Source: a virus (lineage: Duplodnaviria > Heunggongvirae > Uroviricota > Caudoviricetes). From it: a stretch of DNA of 21,121 nucleotides. The notes under the pieces were generated by a model that saw only the letters and a list, made by a program, of their open reading frames with translations, searched no databases and was not told where the DNA came from. The position numbers were made by a program, and so were the translations under genes. Position 1 is the stretch's first letter; every line of letters starts with the position of its first letter. This document shows, one piece after another, positions 8,387 through 16,682 of this stretch. The stretch is taken from the IMG/VR virus record IMGVR_UViG_3300042887_002597, positions 110,234-131,354 of that record. One strand, 5' to 3'.

Positions 8387-9516
8387 AAAAATATAGCGTT
8401 AGAGTTGATTGTAGTTAGTATTTGGTTCTTAATCTCGTTATTGTAGAAACCGGCTTTTAGTATTACTAAAGGAGCTTGTGTCTGCTTTAGTATTTGTGGA
8501 GATTCTACAACTAAGCTTGTGCCATACAATCGCTTACCCTGCTTTAAAGGATCGTTATCTAGTATACAAACAATCTTACTCTCATCTAATCCAAACTGCA
8601 ATAGATATTGTGCAAATATATGGGCTCCAAATAAATAAACAGGCTGTCCAGTCTCTCTTATTGCTAAGTTTAGTGAGTCTACAAGCTGCAGATGGTAGTC
8701 TATATACTGCTGAAAGGTTGCTTTTGTCTCAGAATATAGATTTTTTTTGATTAGAGAGTTGTTGTTATTTGTTCTGCGAGCGCAAAAGAAGATGCTGTGG
8801 TCATCTTTGAAGTATTCTCGCTCTATTAGCTCAAACTTATGCTCCTCAAGTAGTTGTGTCACAAAATCCTCGCTAGCGTAGTAAGTGTGCTCAAAGTTAA
8901 GGCAGTTAGTATACTTATTTTCCAGCATCCTTTTAATATTTGGAACTGAGAATATTACTAGAGAGTCTTCTTGCATAAAGGCTGCTTTGTTTCGCATAAA
9001 CTGTTGAGGATCGTAGAGATGCTCCATTACGTGTGAATGTACTATGGCACCATACTGCCTGCCAGGATCAAAAGTCTCATCAAACCATCCTCTAATTACC
9101 GTAGCTCTTATACTCTCATCTACTCGTGGATTAGGTTCAATAATCGTCCAATCCAATTTACTGTTTGCATTCAAGCATTTCTTAGCAAGATGACCATGCA
9201 AACCGCCTATTTCCAGAACACTACCAACATTGTACTTATTTACAAAAGCTGCAAATGCCTCATGATGCTCATCCCATAATCCTCCAACAGTGCCAGATCC
9301 GTGATCTTCTGCATATACCACTTCTAATGGTAGTAGTGGGTTAAGCTGTATCATACCCGATGCTGGGCTTATATACCAACTCATCTCTGCCTTTTGGTCT
9401 AAGCTAGAATCTTGGGTAGTGCATCCCATGAACACTGGGAAGCTGGGAAAGCTATATAGGTGCTCTAAACCATCAGTATTCGTTATAATATCTCTATTTC
9501 GCTGTATGTAGTTCAT
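8383..9516 (-). CDS. Class I SAM-dependent methyltransferase with NDP-sugar C-methyltransferase-like architecture
   Basis: SAM motif VLEIGGLHGHL, HSHVMEHLYDP, FSVPN, NFEHTYY, and a C-terminal domain VYLFGA...CILDNDPLKQGKRLYGT...VILKAGFYNNEI resembling the C-methyltransferase C-terminal domain. Confidence 0.8.
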   Translation of the reverse strand: MNYIQRNRDIITNTDGLEHLYSFPSFPVFMGCTTQDSSLDQKAEMSWYISPASGMIQLNPLLPLEVVYAEDHGSGTVGGLWDEHHEAFAAFVNKYNVGSVLEIGGLHGHLAKKCLNANSKLDWTIIEPNPRVDESIRATVIRGWFDETFDPGRQYGAIVHSHVMEHLYDPQQFMRNKAAFMQEDSLVIFSVPNIKRMLENKYTNCLNFEHTYYASEDFVTQLLEEHKFELIEREYFKDDHSIFFCARRTNNNNSLIKKNLYSETKATFQQYIDYHLQLVDSLNLAIRETGQPVYLFGAHIFAQYLLQFGLDESKIVCILDNDPLKQGKRLYGTSLVVESPQILKQTQAPLVILKAGFYNNEIKNQILTTINSNAIFL

Positions 9517-10480
9517 TTAATTTTAATTTTACTATACGTTTAACCGTATCATCAATGTGAGAATATTGATTTTTTATTGGAAGGAACTCTGGTGTGGATA
9601 TTATGTAGTGACCACAAATCTTTATCAAATCTGATTTACTTGTAGTAGGATCAAAATTAGGATCAACCCACTTCTCCCATTTTTTGGAGTCATAGCAAAT
9701 TTGCCAAAACTTTTGGAAAAGATCGCTACCTTCTTGGATACTATCCAAATAAGCCTGTGTCTCCATTAAACCAAACTCAGGCGCTATGTTAATGCTATCT
9801 AAGCCTAGATTAAACTTCTCCTGCACAATATGGGCTGGAATATAATCTCCGTTGTGTTCCTTTGAGAGGACTTTGTGTTTTTTTGCTACCGCAATCATAT
9901 CCAGTAGACGCTGGCTATCGTATTCTCCGGTCTGATTGTTTCCCTTCAAGGATGTACCAGATTGAATAACAAGGTAGGTTATCTGATTAAAAACCTCAGG
10001 CTTCAATAATACCTTTAACCTAGCCATCAATTCATCCAACTCAGAGGCTTCAAACCTTCTTATAGCTTCTTCTGTACTTACCTCATATTGTATATGAGGA
10101 TTCAAATTGTAACAATATTCGATCATCTCAACTGTCTCTTTTAATCCTAAGTCAAAAGCAGGGTACTTTTTCCAAGGATCAATGTGGATTAAGTCTAGGT
10201 ATTTGCAGTCCTCTGATAAGGATTGATACCCATCATCATCTGATTGACCTTGCCCAGGACCTGAATGATCTCTCTTTATGATTACGTTGCTGGATTTAGA
10301 CTTAACATACTCGCTAAAGTCCTTAGTAGTCCAGTTGTTAACATACCCACCATCCCACTCTACTTGCCTTCTTGATGGAATCAATCCGATTGGCATTCCA
10401 GTTTCATTGCTGAAGTCAATTATACCATCAACGACGTTCTTCGTCATTGGTCCTATAAAAATTCTTGGTTTTTTATTCAT
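9494..10480 (-). CDS. GatZ/KbaZ-like TIM-barrel protein (tagatose-6-phosphate 4-epimerase-like family)
   Basis: PSRRQVEWDGGY, RDHSGPG (cf. GatZ GDHLGP), IHIDP, VIQSGT (cf. VVQPG), KEHNGDY (cf. EAHSTDY), NIAPEF (cf. KVGPAL). Recognised from remembered motifs. Confidence 0.65.
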   Translation of the reverse strand: MNKKPRIFIGPMTKNVVDGIIDFSNETGMPIGLIPSRRQVEWDGGYVNNWTTKDFSEYVKSKSSNVIIKRDHSGPGQGQSDDDGYQSLSEDCKYLDLIHIDPWKKYPAFDLGLKETVEMIEYCYNLNPHIQYEVSTEEAIRRFEASELDELMARLKVLLKPEVFNQITYLVIQSGTSLKGNNQTGEYDSQRLLDMIAVAKKHKVLSKEHNGDYIPAHIVQEKFNLGLDSINIAPEFGLMETQAYLDSIQEGSDLFQKFWQICYDSKKWEKWVDPNFDPTTSKSDLIKICGHYIISTPEFLPIKNQYSHIDDTVKRIVKLKLNELHTAK

Positions 10481-11091
10481 ATGTACTTAATGTAAAGTTT
10501 ATATTGCTCTTCGGCTTGTAGTCTTGCTAAGATCTTACCTTCTTGTGTAAAAGGTCTTCCGTCTATTAACCTACCTTTAGTAATAACATCCATTGGAGTA
10601 GCATTGAATATATAACCCTCCAACTCCCCAACAGCACTCCACTCAGATCGACCTATAACTTGGTATGGAATACCGAGCTTGTTGCATGCAAACTGGGCTG
10701 CCTTACTAAAACCTCCGTTACCTACTATACTCAGAAACTTTGGTTTCTCCAACATTAAGTAATTGTAGATTGCGTACCAATCTGTATTATATCCTCTAAG
10801 AGTTCCATTCTCGTTTACTACTGTATTACATGATTGTATTAGGTGTACATCCTCGCTAACCTCATCTATGCAGTTTATGATATCAAACTTAAAGGGCATG
10901 CTAACAGCAAAACCTCCAAAGCCTAAAGTTCTAGCACTTTCTACCGATTTAACGATATTATCGCTATAAAAGGACTTGTATATAGCATTGATGTTGTTAC
11001 GTACAAAAAGCTCATTAAAAAAAGTACACCCGTTGTTACCAGGTGCACTTGAAAAAGAGCCATAAATTTTAGTATCTTTATTTATTAACAT
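10477..11091 (-). CDS. Shikimate-dehydrogenase-like protein, SdhL (H. influenzae HI0607-type) subfamily, compact
   Basis: N-terminus MLINKDTKIYGSFSSAPGNNG resembles SdhL MINKDTQLCMSLSGRPSNFG. It also has AVSMPFK (catalytic Lys), SCNTVVN, GYNTD (catalytic Asp), IVGNGGFSKAA, FNATP and QAEEQYKLY. Confidence 0.85.
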   Translation of the reverse strand: MLINKDTKIYGSFSSAPGNNGCTFFNELFVRNNINAIYKSFYSDNIVKSVESARTLGFGGFAVSMPFKFDIINCIDEVSEDVHLIQSCNTVVNENGTLRGYNTDWYAIYNYLMLEKPKFLSIVGNGGFSKAAQFACNKLGIPYQVIGRSEWSAVGELEGYIFNATPMDVITKGRLIDGRPFTQEGKILARLQAEEQYKLYIKYI

Positions 11092-12997
11092 CTGTCAACA
11101 TTTGTACGCTTTTAAACCATAATAATTTTGCAAAAACATCACTATGTAGTGGTGACATATTTAAGAAAATAATTGCCGTTAGTGTCTTTACTTTATTTAG
11201 GTCAAATCCTGCATCTACTATCCATTGTTCGTATACCGATTTGAATTTATGTAGATTAGGTAATGTGTCGTGCTCAAACTGAACAAAGGAAAGGCCTTCT
11301 GTGTATCGAATGAATCGATCATCCTTAGCTAAGTTGTATGGTATTATACAGCCTCCATAAAGTTTAGCTAAGTCGTAGTATATGTCACCACCTTCAACAC
11401 AACCACCAAAGGACTCTCTCCAATCTATATATGTAAATCTTTCGTCGCTATCTGTGCTATGGATTATGTTGTCGAATTGAAGATCACCATGAAACATATC
11501 ATAGGTTGGATTATTGTGGAATTGTTGTAAATCTACAGTACTCAACACATCTTTAAGTGGTGGATAGTTGACACCATTGATTGTGTATGGTTCGGTATAG
11601 TATCGCTCTCCGAATCTATCAACAAAAGCGGTTCTACGCTTTTCGGTTTTAGTCACATAAAACTCATCAAATACACTAGCATCTAAAACTATTCTCGATG
11701 AATTAGTTATTAAGCTCTTCAAAAAAGTTAGAAATTTTGTGTACAAGGCCAATGAGTCTTTTTCATACAAAGTCGAACCCTCAATCCAGTCGTATGAAAT
11801 AAAATGCAATGTATTTTTAAAGTTACTTGGAGTGACTTTTTTCAGTATTGCTGCTCTCTTTGCTTTATTTGCAACTACGTTTGTATCCGCATCAAACTTC
11901 AAAAACTTATTAGTTCGATACACTACTTCATGATTAAGCTTTTGCAACGATAAAGGTCTATCATTGAAATGATCCTTAGCCTTACTTAAATCGTCCAGAT
12001 TTCCGGTATCGAGCCATTTTGGACGTTTAGCTTTAAGGCTAGGATATTTTGATGGATTACTAAAAGCAGCTACCACTTCACCACTCTTCATATTTAACCG
12101 CAATTCTGACCAAAAAACCTCATAATCCCAAATACCAGCCAATCCAATAAAGGCTTCTGCGTATCCATTATCTGACTTGTTTAGAAAATTAGTCACATTG
12201 TCGTGTTCATCTACTTGCGCTGTAGAGTATTTTTCTGGATAACTTGTAGGCGTTACGCCAATCCAATTTCCATCTATGAAGGGCATATCTGAGTCAATGA
12301 GACAGTCAGCTGTTGTTAAGTAAAAGGGTCGTTGTAAAAGCTCTGAGCATTGTAATGCTGAATACCCAGGACCGCTTCCTTCTCCATCATACTGCTCTAT
12401 TTCCACAAATTTGAATTTTCGATCAGGGTGAGCTAAGTTGCAGTACTCTCTTATTGAATCGCCTTTGTATCCTAAAGCTACAACAATGTCATAATTAACT
12501 GGAAACTTCTCCACTATATGAGATATTACAGCTTTGTTGTTGATTGGCACTAGAGCTTTATTGGCATGCTTAGTCAATGACTCGAGCCTAGTACCCAAGC
12601 CTGCTGCTAATACCAATACTGCAGGCGTCTTATGTTCACCATCTATCTTACCATCCTTTCTATTAGCATCATCTTCGATTCTAATAACATCGTCTACTTC
12701 TGGCGTTGATACCTCCTGCAATATTATATCAGTTAAAGCTATTACTCTATGCTTTTTTGGTGGAGTTACGTTGAAATAATCACCAGCATGCATTATTTTC
12801 TTCTCAACCACTCCTTCGTCATTCTCCAACCACACTTCAGCTGTACCCTCTATAATGTAATTAGTCTCACGCTTTTTTTCGTGGTACTGGTAACTAGTCT
12901 TGTACCCAGCGTTGATATATATGCGTTTGTAGCAATAGCTCTCATTAAGCTCTAACCACACCTCCTTGCCCCATGGCTTATGTACTTCCTTACTCAT
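11078..12997 (-). CDS. Three-domain fusion: cupin (type II PMI-like) + nucleotidyltransferase + APH/choline-kinase-like phosphotransferase
   Basis: aa ~1-115: KPWG, KRI, SYQYH, KRETNYIIEG, KKHR, DDVIRIEDD. aa ~125-345: VLAAGLGTRL...KALVPINNK, LTTADCL. aa ~355-639: FHGDLQFDNII, YIDWR, GDIYYDLAKL. Confidence 0.88.
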   Translation of the reverse strand: MSKEVHKPWGKEVWLELNESYCYKRIYINAGYKTSYQYHEKKRETNYIIEGTAEVWLENDEGVVEKKIMHAGDYFNVTPPKKHRVIALTDIILQEVSTPEVDDVIRIEDDANRKDGKIDGEHKTPAVLVLAAGLGTRLESLTKHANKALVPINNKAVISHIVEKFPVNYDIVVALGYKGDSIREYCNLAHPDRKFKFVEIEQYDGEGSGPGYSALQCSELLQRPFYLTTADCLIDSDMPFIDGNWIGVTPTSYPEKYSTAQVDEHDNVTNFLNKSDNGYAEAFIGLAGIWDYEVFWSELRLNMKSGEVVAAFSNPSKYPSLKAKRPKWLDTGNLDDLSKAKDHFNDRPLSLQKLNHEVVYRTNKFLKFDADTNVVANKAKRAAILKKVTPSNFKNTLHFISYDWIEGSTLYEKDSLALYTKFLTFLKSLITNSSRIVLDASVFDEFYVTKTEKRRTAFVDRFGERYYTEPYTINGVNYPPLKDVLSTVDLQQFHNNPTYDMFHGDLQFDNIIHSTDSDERFTYIDWRESFGGCVEGGDIYYDLAKLYGGCIIPYNLAKDDRFIRYTEGLSFVQFEHDTLPNLHKFKSVYEQWIVDAGFDLNKVKTLTAIIFLNMSPLHSDVFAKLLWFKSVQMLTDVNK

Positions 12998-13950
12998 AAT
13001 TTAAAAAAGCGTTTACAATTACATTTTTCTCTGAAGAAGTTAATGGTCTCTTCGTTAAACCAATTTGTTTTAAAGTCGTTAATATACTCATTGAAGTCTG
13101 CCAATGGACGTCCTCCTATACCCTCAACAAAGTGAAAACACTTAATCTGCTTGTGGTCGTGTGTGAATAATTTATCATCCTTTACGTACCATCTATGTAT
13201 TGGCGATAGCTCACCATCTACCAATCCTTGCGATATTAACCACTGCGGATTAAAGCCATGTATGTTGTGTGGGTAGCAGTTCTCGAGCCTACCTTTCTTT
13301 ATCATGTTTGTTCTCGGCACACCTTTAGCTCTTACGTTGTAGGATACCTCACTAAGTGGATATGGCCCATCAACAACTTGTACCTCGAAAGATTTATCTG
13401 CCCAAGCTAACTCATTTAAGCCACCCTGAATAGAGAAGTAGCCATAGTGATCAATGCTTAGTTCAATCACCTTACTTAATGCTTCGTGACTATTAAAGCA
13501 AACAACATCAGCATTCACATTCATATGCTCCAATACCTTTGATCCATCAGGTAAGCTTACCTCAACAATAGGTGACTGCCAGTGTTCTGTAGCTTCTTGA
13601 ATATAGTAGTTAAGGGTTGCTAATACTGGTGTAGTATCGTTATCTAAGAACTCGTCTAATCTTCCACATACTATGGTATCTGATCCAAGTATAATAACCT
13701 TCTCATAATTGTGCTTGCGCATAATTTCGTAAGCGTATATGTATTGCATCAAAAAGGTTTCTGGTGCATACTCGTAATACTGCAAATCTGCATTATATTG
13801 CTCTTGATTGGTGTAATCGATTTGATAATAGTCACACTCCTCTCCATTGAAGGTTAGGAAGCTATTCCTGACATTATCAACTAACTCATCGTAGCGATCA
13901 TCGGTGTAAAACACCACACACGCTGTCTTTTTTGTTTTATTCATGTTCAT
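12994..13950 (-). CDS. Probable GT-A-fold (GT8-like) glycosyltransferase; alternative start at 13944
   Basis: KVIILGSDTIVCGRLDEFL resembles GT8 xLDxDxIVxxxLDELF with a degenerate DxD. Also NADVVCFN, QGGLN and a late HF. Confidence 0.55.
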   Translation of the reverse strand: MNMNKTKKTACVVFYTDDRYDELVDNVRNSFLTFNGEECDYYQIDYTNQEQYNADLQYYEYAPETFLMQYIYAYEIMRKHNYEKVIILGSDTIVCGRLDEFLDNDTTPVLATLNYYIQEATEHWQSPIVEVSLPDGSKVLEHMNVNADVVCFNSHEALSKVIELSIDHYGYFSIQGGLNELAWADKSFEVQVVDGPYPLSEVSYNVRAKGVPRTNMIKKGRLENCYPHNIHGFNPQWLISQGLVDGELSPIHRWYVKDDKLFTHDHKQIKCFHFVEGIGGRPLADFNEYINDFKTNWFNEETINFFREKCNCKRFFKL

Positions 13951-14632
13951 TACTTATTAAACTTGTATCTGTTGGCAGTGCTCGTAGTTGATCTGCATCT
14001 CTTTGCATAGGCTCAACTTCATACCCATGCGATTTATATAAATCATATAGTGATAACCGCTCCGACGCTATGTGTAATATAGGTGTACTACTGTATTGTA
14101 TGTTCTTTATTATTCTCGTAGCTGCCTCCTCCAAAAAGTACTTAGAACTATATTGATCTGCAAAAGCTTTGGTATATATCTTACGTACAAATGGTGCTCT
14201 TATTATTTGGTAGTTAGGTAGTGTTGATACAATGTATTCGGATGCAGCTTTTGTTTTACCGTACACGTTCTTAGGATTCAATCTATCATCTACTGTGTAG
14301 AAACCTCTTTCTCCCCCAAAAACATACTCTGATGAAATATAAACAAATTTACAATCCAATCCAACACTAGCTCTCACCAAGTTGGCTGTTCCAATTACAT
14401 TCACTTGTATGGCGTATGCCTTATCCTGCTCACATCCAAAGGTATCTACAAACGCAGCTGCGTGTATTACGATACTAGGCTTGAACTCTTGTACTATGGT
14501 ATGTACGCAGTTGTAATCCGTAATATCGCACACATCGCTTCCTGGTGCGTATACGTTCCACTCTTTAGGAATCTTCTTGTGGAGAGCAGTACCTAAAGCA
14601 CCACTTCCTCCTGTGATAAGGACATTAACCAT
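13937..14632 (-). CDS. RmlD-like NAD(P)-dependent NDP-4-keto-sugar reductase (short, 231 aa)
   Basis: NVLITGGSGALG, VIHAAAF, VNVIGTANL, YISSEYVF, PKNVYGKTK (YxxxK). Start revised from the track's 14656 to the ATG at 14632 (MVNVLITGG), which gives an 8-nt overlap like other junctions here. Confidence 0.85.
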   Translation of the reverse strand: MVNVLITGGSGALGTALHKKIPKEWNVYAPGSDVCDITDYNCVHTIVQEFKPSIVIHAAAFVDTFGCEQDKAYAIQVNVIGTANLVRASVGLDCKFVYISSEYVFGGERGFYTVDDRLNPKNVYGKTKAASEYIVSTLPNYQIIRAPFVRKIYTKAFADQYSSKYFLEEAATRIIKNIQYSSTPILHIASERLSLYDLYKSHGYEVEPMQRDADQLRALPTDTSLISNEHE

Positions 14633-15692
14633 GCATTTGTTCGTTAATCCACTCATACGTTCTTCTCACTCCTTCTTTAAGTGGCAAGCTTGGTTCCCAT
14701 CCTACTTTCTCCTTAAAGAGCTTGTTATCTGAGTTCCTTCCTCTAACTCCTACGGGACATTTAAAGCCGTATTTAGCTCTAAACTCTTCACCATCAATGT
14801 TTTTAACATAAGCTCGCTTGTTAGCGACCTCAATAGCCATTTCTGCTAACTGGTTAATAGTAACCATTTCTTCCGAGCCAATGTTAACAGGACCTAAAAA
14901 CTCATCTTGTCTCATAAAGCGAATAACGGCTTCTATACACTCATCTATGTAAAGGAACGATCTCGTTTGTTGTCCATCTCCCCATACTTCAATCTCATCA
15001 TCCATCAAGGAGTCAGCTACTTTACGACACATAGCTGCTGGTGCTTTTTCCTTTCCTCCATGCCAAGTACCATAAGGTCCAAATATGTTGTGGAACCTAG
15101 CTACCCTAACATCAAGATTGTAGTTTCGATTAAAGGCTAAGTACAACCTCTCGCTAAACAACTTTTCCCAACCATACTCCGAATCTGGATTAGCTGGATA
15201 TGCACTAGATTCCTCACAATTTGGGTTATCGGGATCTAGTTGATTGTGCTCTGGGTACATACATGCTGATGAGCTGTAGAATACACGCTTAGCTTTTTGC
15301 TCTACAGCTTCTTTAGCAACATTAAGGTTAATTAGAGCTGAGTTATGCATTACATTAGCATCATTCTCTCCTGTGAAGATGTAACCAGCTCCACCCATGT
15401 CAGCTGCTAATTGATAAACCTCATCGAAATGAATATGCTTAACAAATGGTCTAGGAGAGTTGTATTCATACTTTAAAGGATGTACACCGTCATTGGACTC
15501 TATTAAAAAGGCGTTTTTAACTACTCGAGGATCTCTCAAGTCTCCTATAATAAAGTCATCAGCTGCCGTTTCCCAATGCTCTGGATGCTTTAAATCGACT
15601 CCACGAACCCAGTATCCCTCTGACTTTAGACGTTTTACTAAGTGCGAGCCAATAAAACCTCCAGCACCTAATACTAATGCAGTTTTTTTCAT
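14625..15692 (-). CDS. GDP-mannose 3,5-epimerase (GME)-like extended SDR
   Basis: GAGGFIGSHL, QLAADMGGAGYI, catalytic Cys in SSSACMYP, YGWEK (YxxxK), RFHNIFGP, catalytic Lys in GKEKAPAAMCRK, WGDGQQTRSF, GVRGRNSDN. Confidence 0.9.
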   Translation of the reverse strand: MKKTALVLGAGGFIGSHLVKRLKSEGYWVRGVDLKHPEHWETAADDFIIGDLRDPRVVKNAFLIESNDGVHPLKYEYNSPRPFVKHIHFDEVYQLAADMGGAGYIFTGENDANVMHNSALINLNVAKEAVEQKAKRVFYSSSACMYPEHNQLDPDNPNCEESSAYPANPDSEYGWEKLFSERLYLAFNRNYNLDVRVARFHNIFGPYGTWHGGKEKAPAAMCRKVADSLMDDEIEVWGDGQQTRSFLYIDECIEAVIRFMRQDEFLGPVNIGSEEMVTINQLAEMAIEVANKRAYVKNIDGEEFRAKYGFKCPVGVRGRNSDNKLFKEKVGWEPSLPLKEGVRRTYEWINEQMHG

Positions 15693-15701
15693 ATACTATT
15701 G

Positions 15702-16682
15702 TTATTTTTCTAATATACTCAAAATGGAACGAATAAACAACTCTTTATTATAGTGCAATTTGTAATTCTCCTGAGCTATCTTGCTGCAATGTGAGTAAAA
15801 AGCATCGTCTTCTGCTAATCTCTTAGCGAGAGTTCTTGCTTGCTCCAAGTCATGTACATCAACAGCTAAGTCTGGGTGGCATATATTTTGGGTATCTACT
15901 TGTTTGTTTCCTATGCAAGGTATTCCGAAGTATGCACAATTTAGACTAAAGGTTCCTGCCGCTACTGTTGGCATTAAGTGAACCGCATACTTGAAGGAGC
16001 TCAACTGCTTCATCCAATCTGTCCAGAGCACTCGCGGTAAGTGATTAATTAGCTGATCTTCACCGTCTCTCATTGCATGGGAAGTTTGTCCCCATATAGG
16101 AACATTAAACTCTTGGGCTATCATATAGCTCTCAAAGCCTCCATACCATCTTGCGAAGTTACCTCCTACGATAGCTTTATCTTCCGGTTGTGGTTTGATA
16201 CCTTCTACAATAGCGTCTATCATTAGAGTAGGCATACAACCTACAGGTTTGTTTGGAAACATTCCTTGATAGTACTTTGTGTCTGATTGGTTGTGTGCAA
16301 AAATACCATCACAACTTGCAATCATATTATAGAAGTTTATCTGATCCGCTAGCTCGTAGTCGTTGAACCACCAATGAGGCCCTTCTTGCATGTAAAACAC
16401 CTTGGTGTTGGTCAATTTTAGCTTTCCAACTAAGTCGTGTGAGAGTATTTCAGATACTGGGTTCTGTTCTTGTGTTAATCTCGAACCACATGCATCTAAG
16501 AATACCCTACCTTTAGGGAAGATAACTACTACAGCATCATACCCCACTACGTCGTGGGGATTATGAATGTTGTAGTGCGTAGCGTCGAGAGCGTGCATCC
16601 AAGCAAACTCTGTTCTCATATTGGAATGATTCGCAGGAACCTTTCCAATAAAGCCCATTTCAGTTAGAAATGCTATTTTCAT
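15702..16682 (-). CDS. Hypothetical protein, probable GT-B-fold glycosyltransferase
   Basis: N-terminal KIAFLTE strand. C-terminal YAVHLMPTVAAGTFSLNCAYFGIPCIG resembles the GT-B nucleotide-binding helix motif (GTxxxExxxxGxPxI) and is followed by the typical LxxD...Y terminal helices. Confidence 0.6.
   Translation of the reverse strand: MKIAFLTEMGFIGKVPANHSNMRTEFAWMHALDATHYNIHNPHDVVGYDAVVVIFPKGRVFLDACGSRLTQEQNPVSEILSHDLVGKLKLTNTKVFYMQEGPHWWFNDYELADQINFYNMIASCDGIFAHNQSDTKYYQGMFPNKPVGCMPTLMIDAIVEGIKPQPEDKAIVGGNFARWYGGFESYMIAQEFNVPIWGQTSHAMRDGEDQLINHLPRVLWTDWMKQLSSFKYAVHLMPTVAAGTFSLNCAYFGIPCIGNKQVDTQNICHPDLAVDVHDLEQARTLAKRLAEDDAFYSHCSKIAQENYKLHYNKELFIRSILSILEK

Noticed and set aside
9494-9516. 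Possible TAG stop-codon reassignment, as in some large phages; this is the only TAG stop and has the longest overlap
   Set aside because: All genes are full length under the standard code with no TAG-interrupted domains. Readthrough here would only add a few residues before a TGA.
14633-14656. Track start for the RmlD-like ORF at 14656
   Set aside because: It implies a 32-nt overlap and an extension before the Rossmann strand. The ATG at 14632 fits the family N-terminus and the local overlap pattern.
15400-15540. Intein or intron in the GME insertion
   Set aside because: It is too short, in frame, and has no C/S...HN splice motifs or endonuclease signature.
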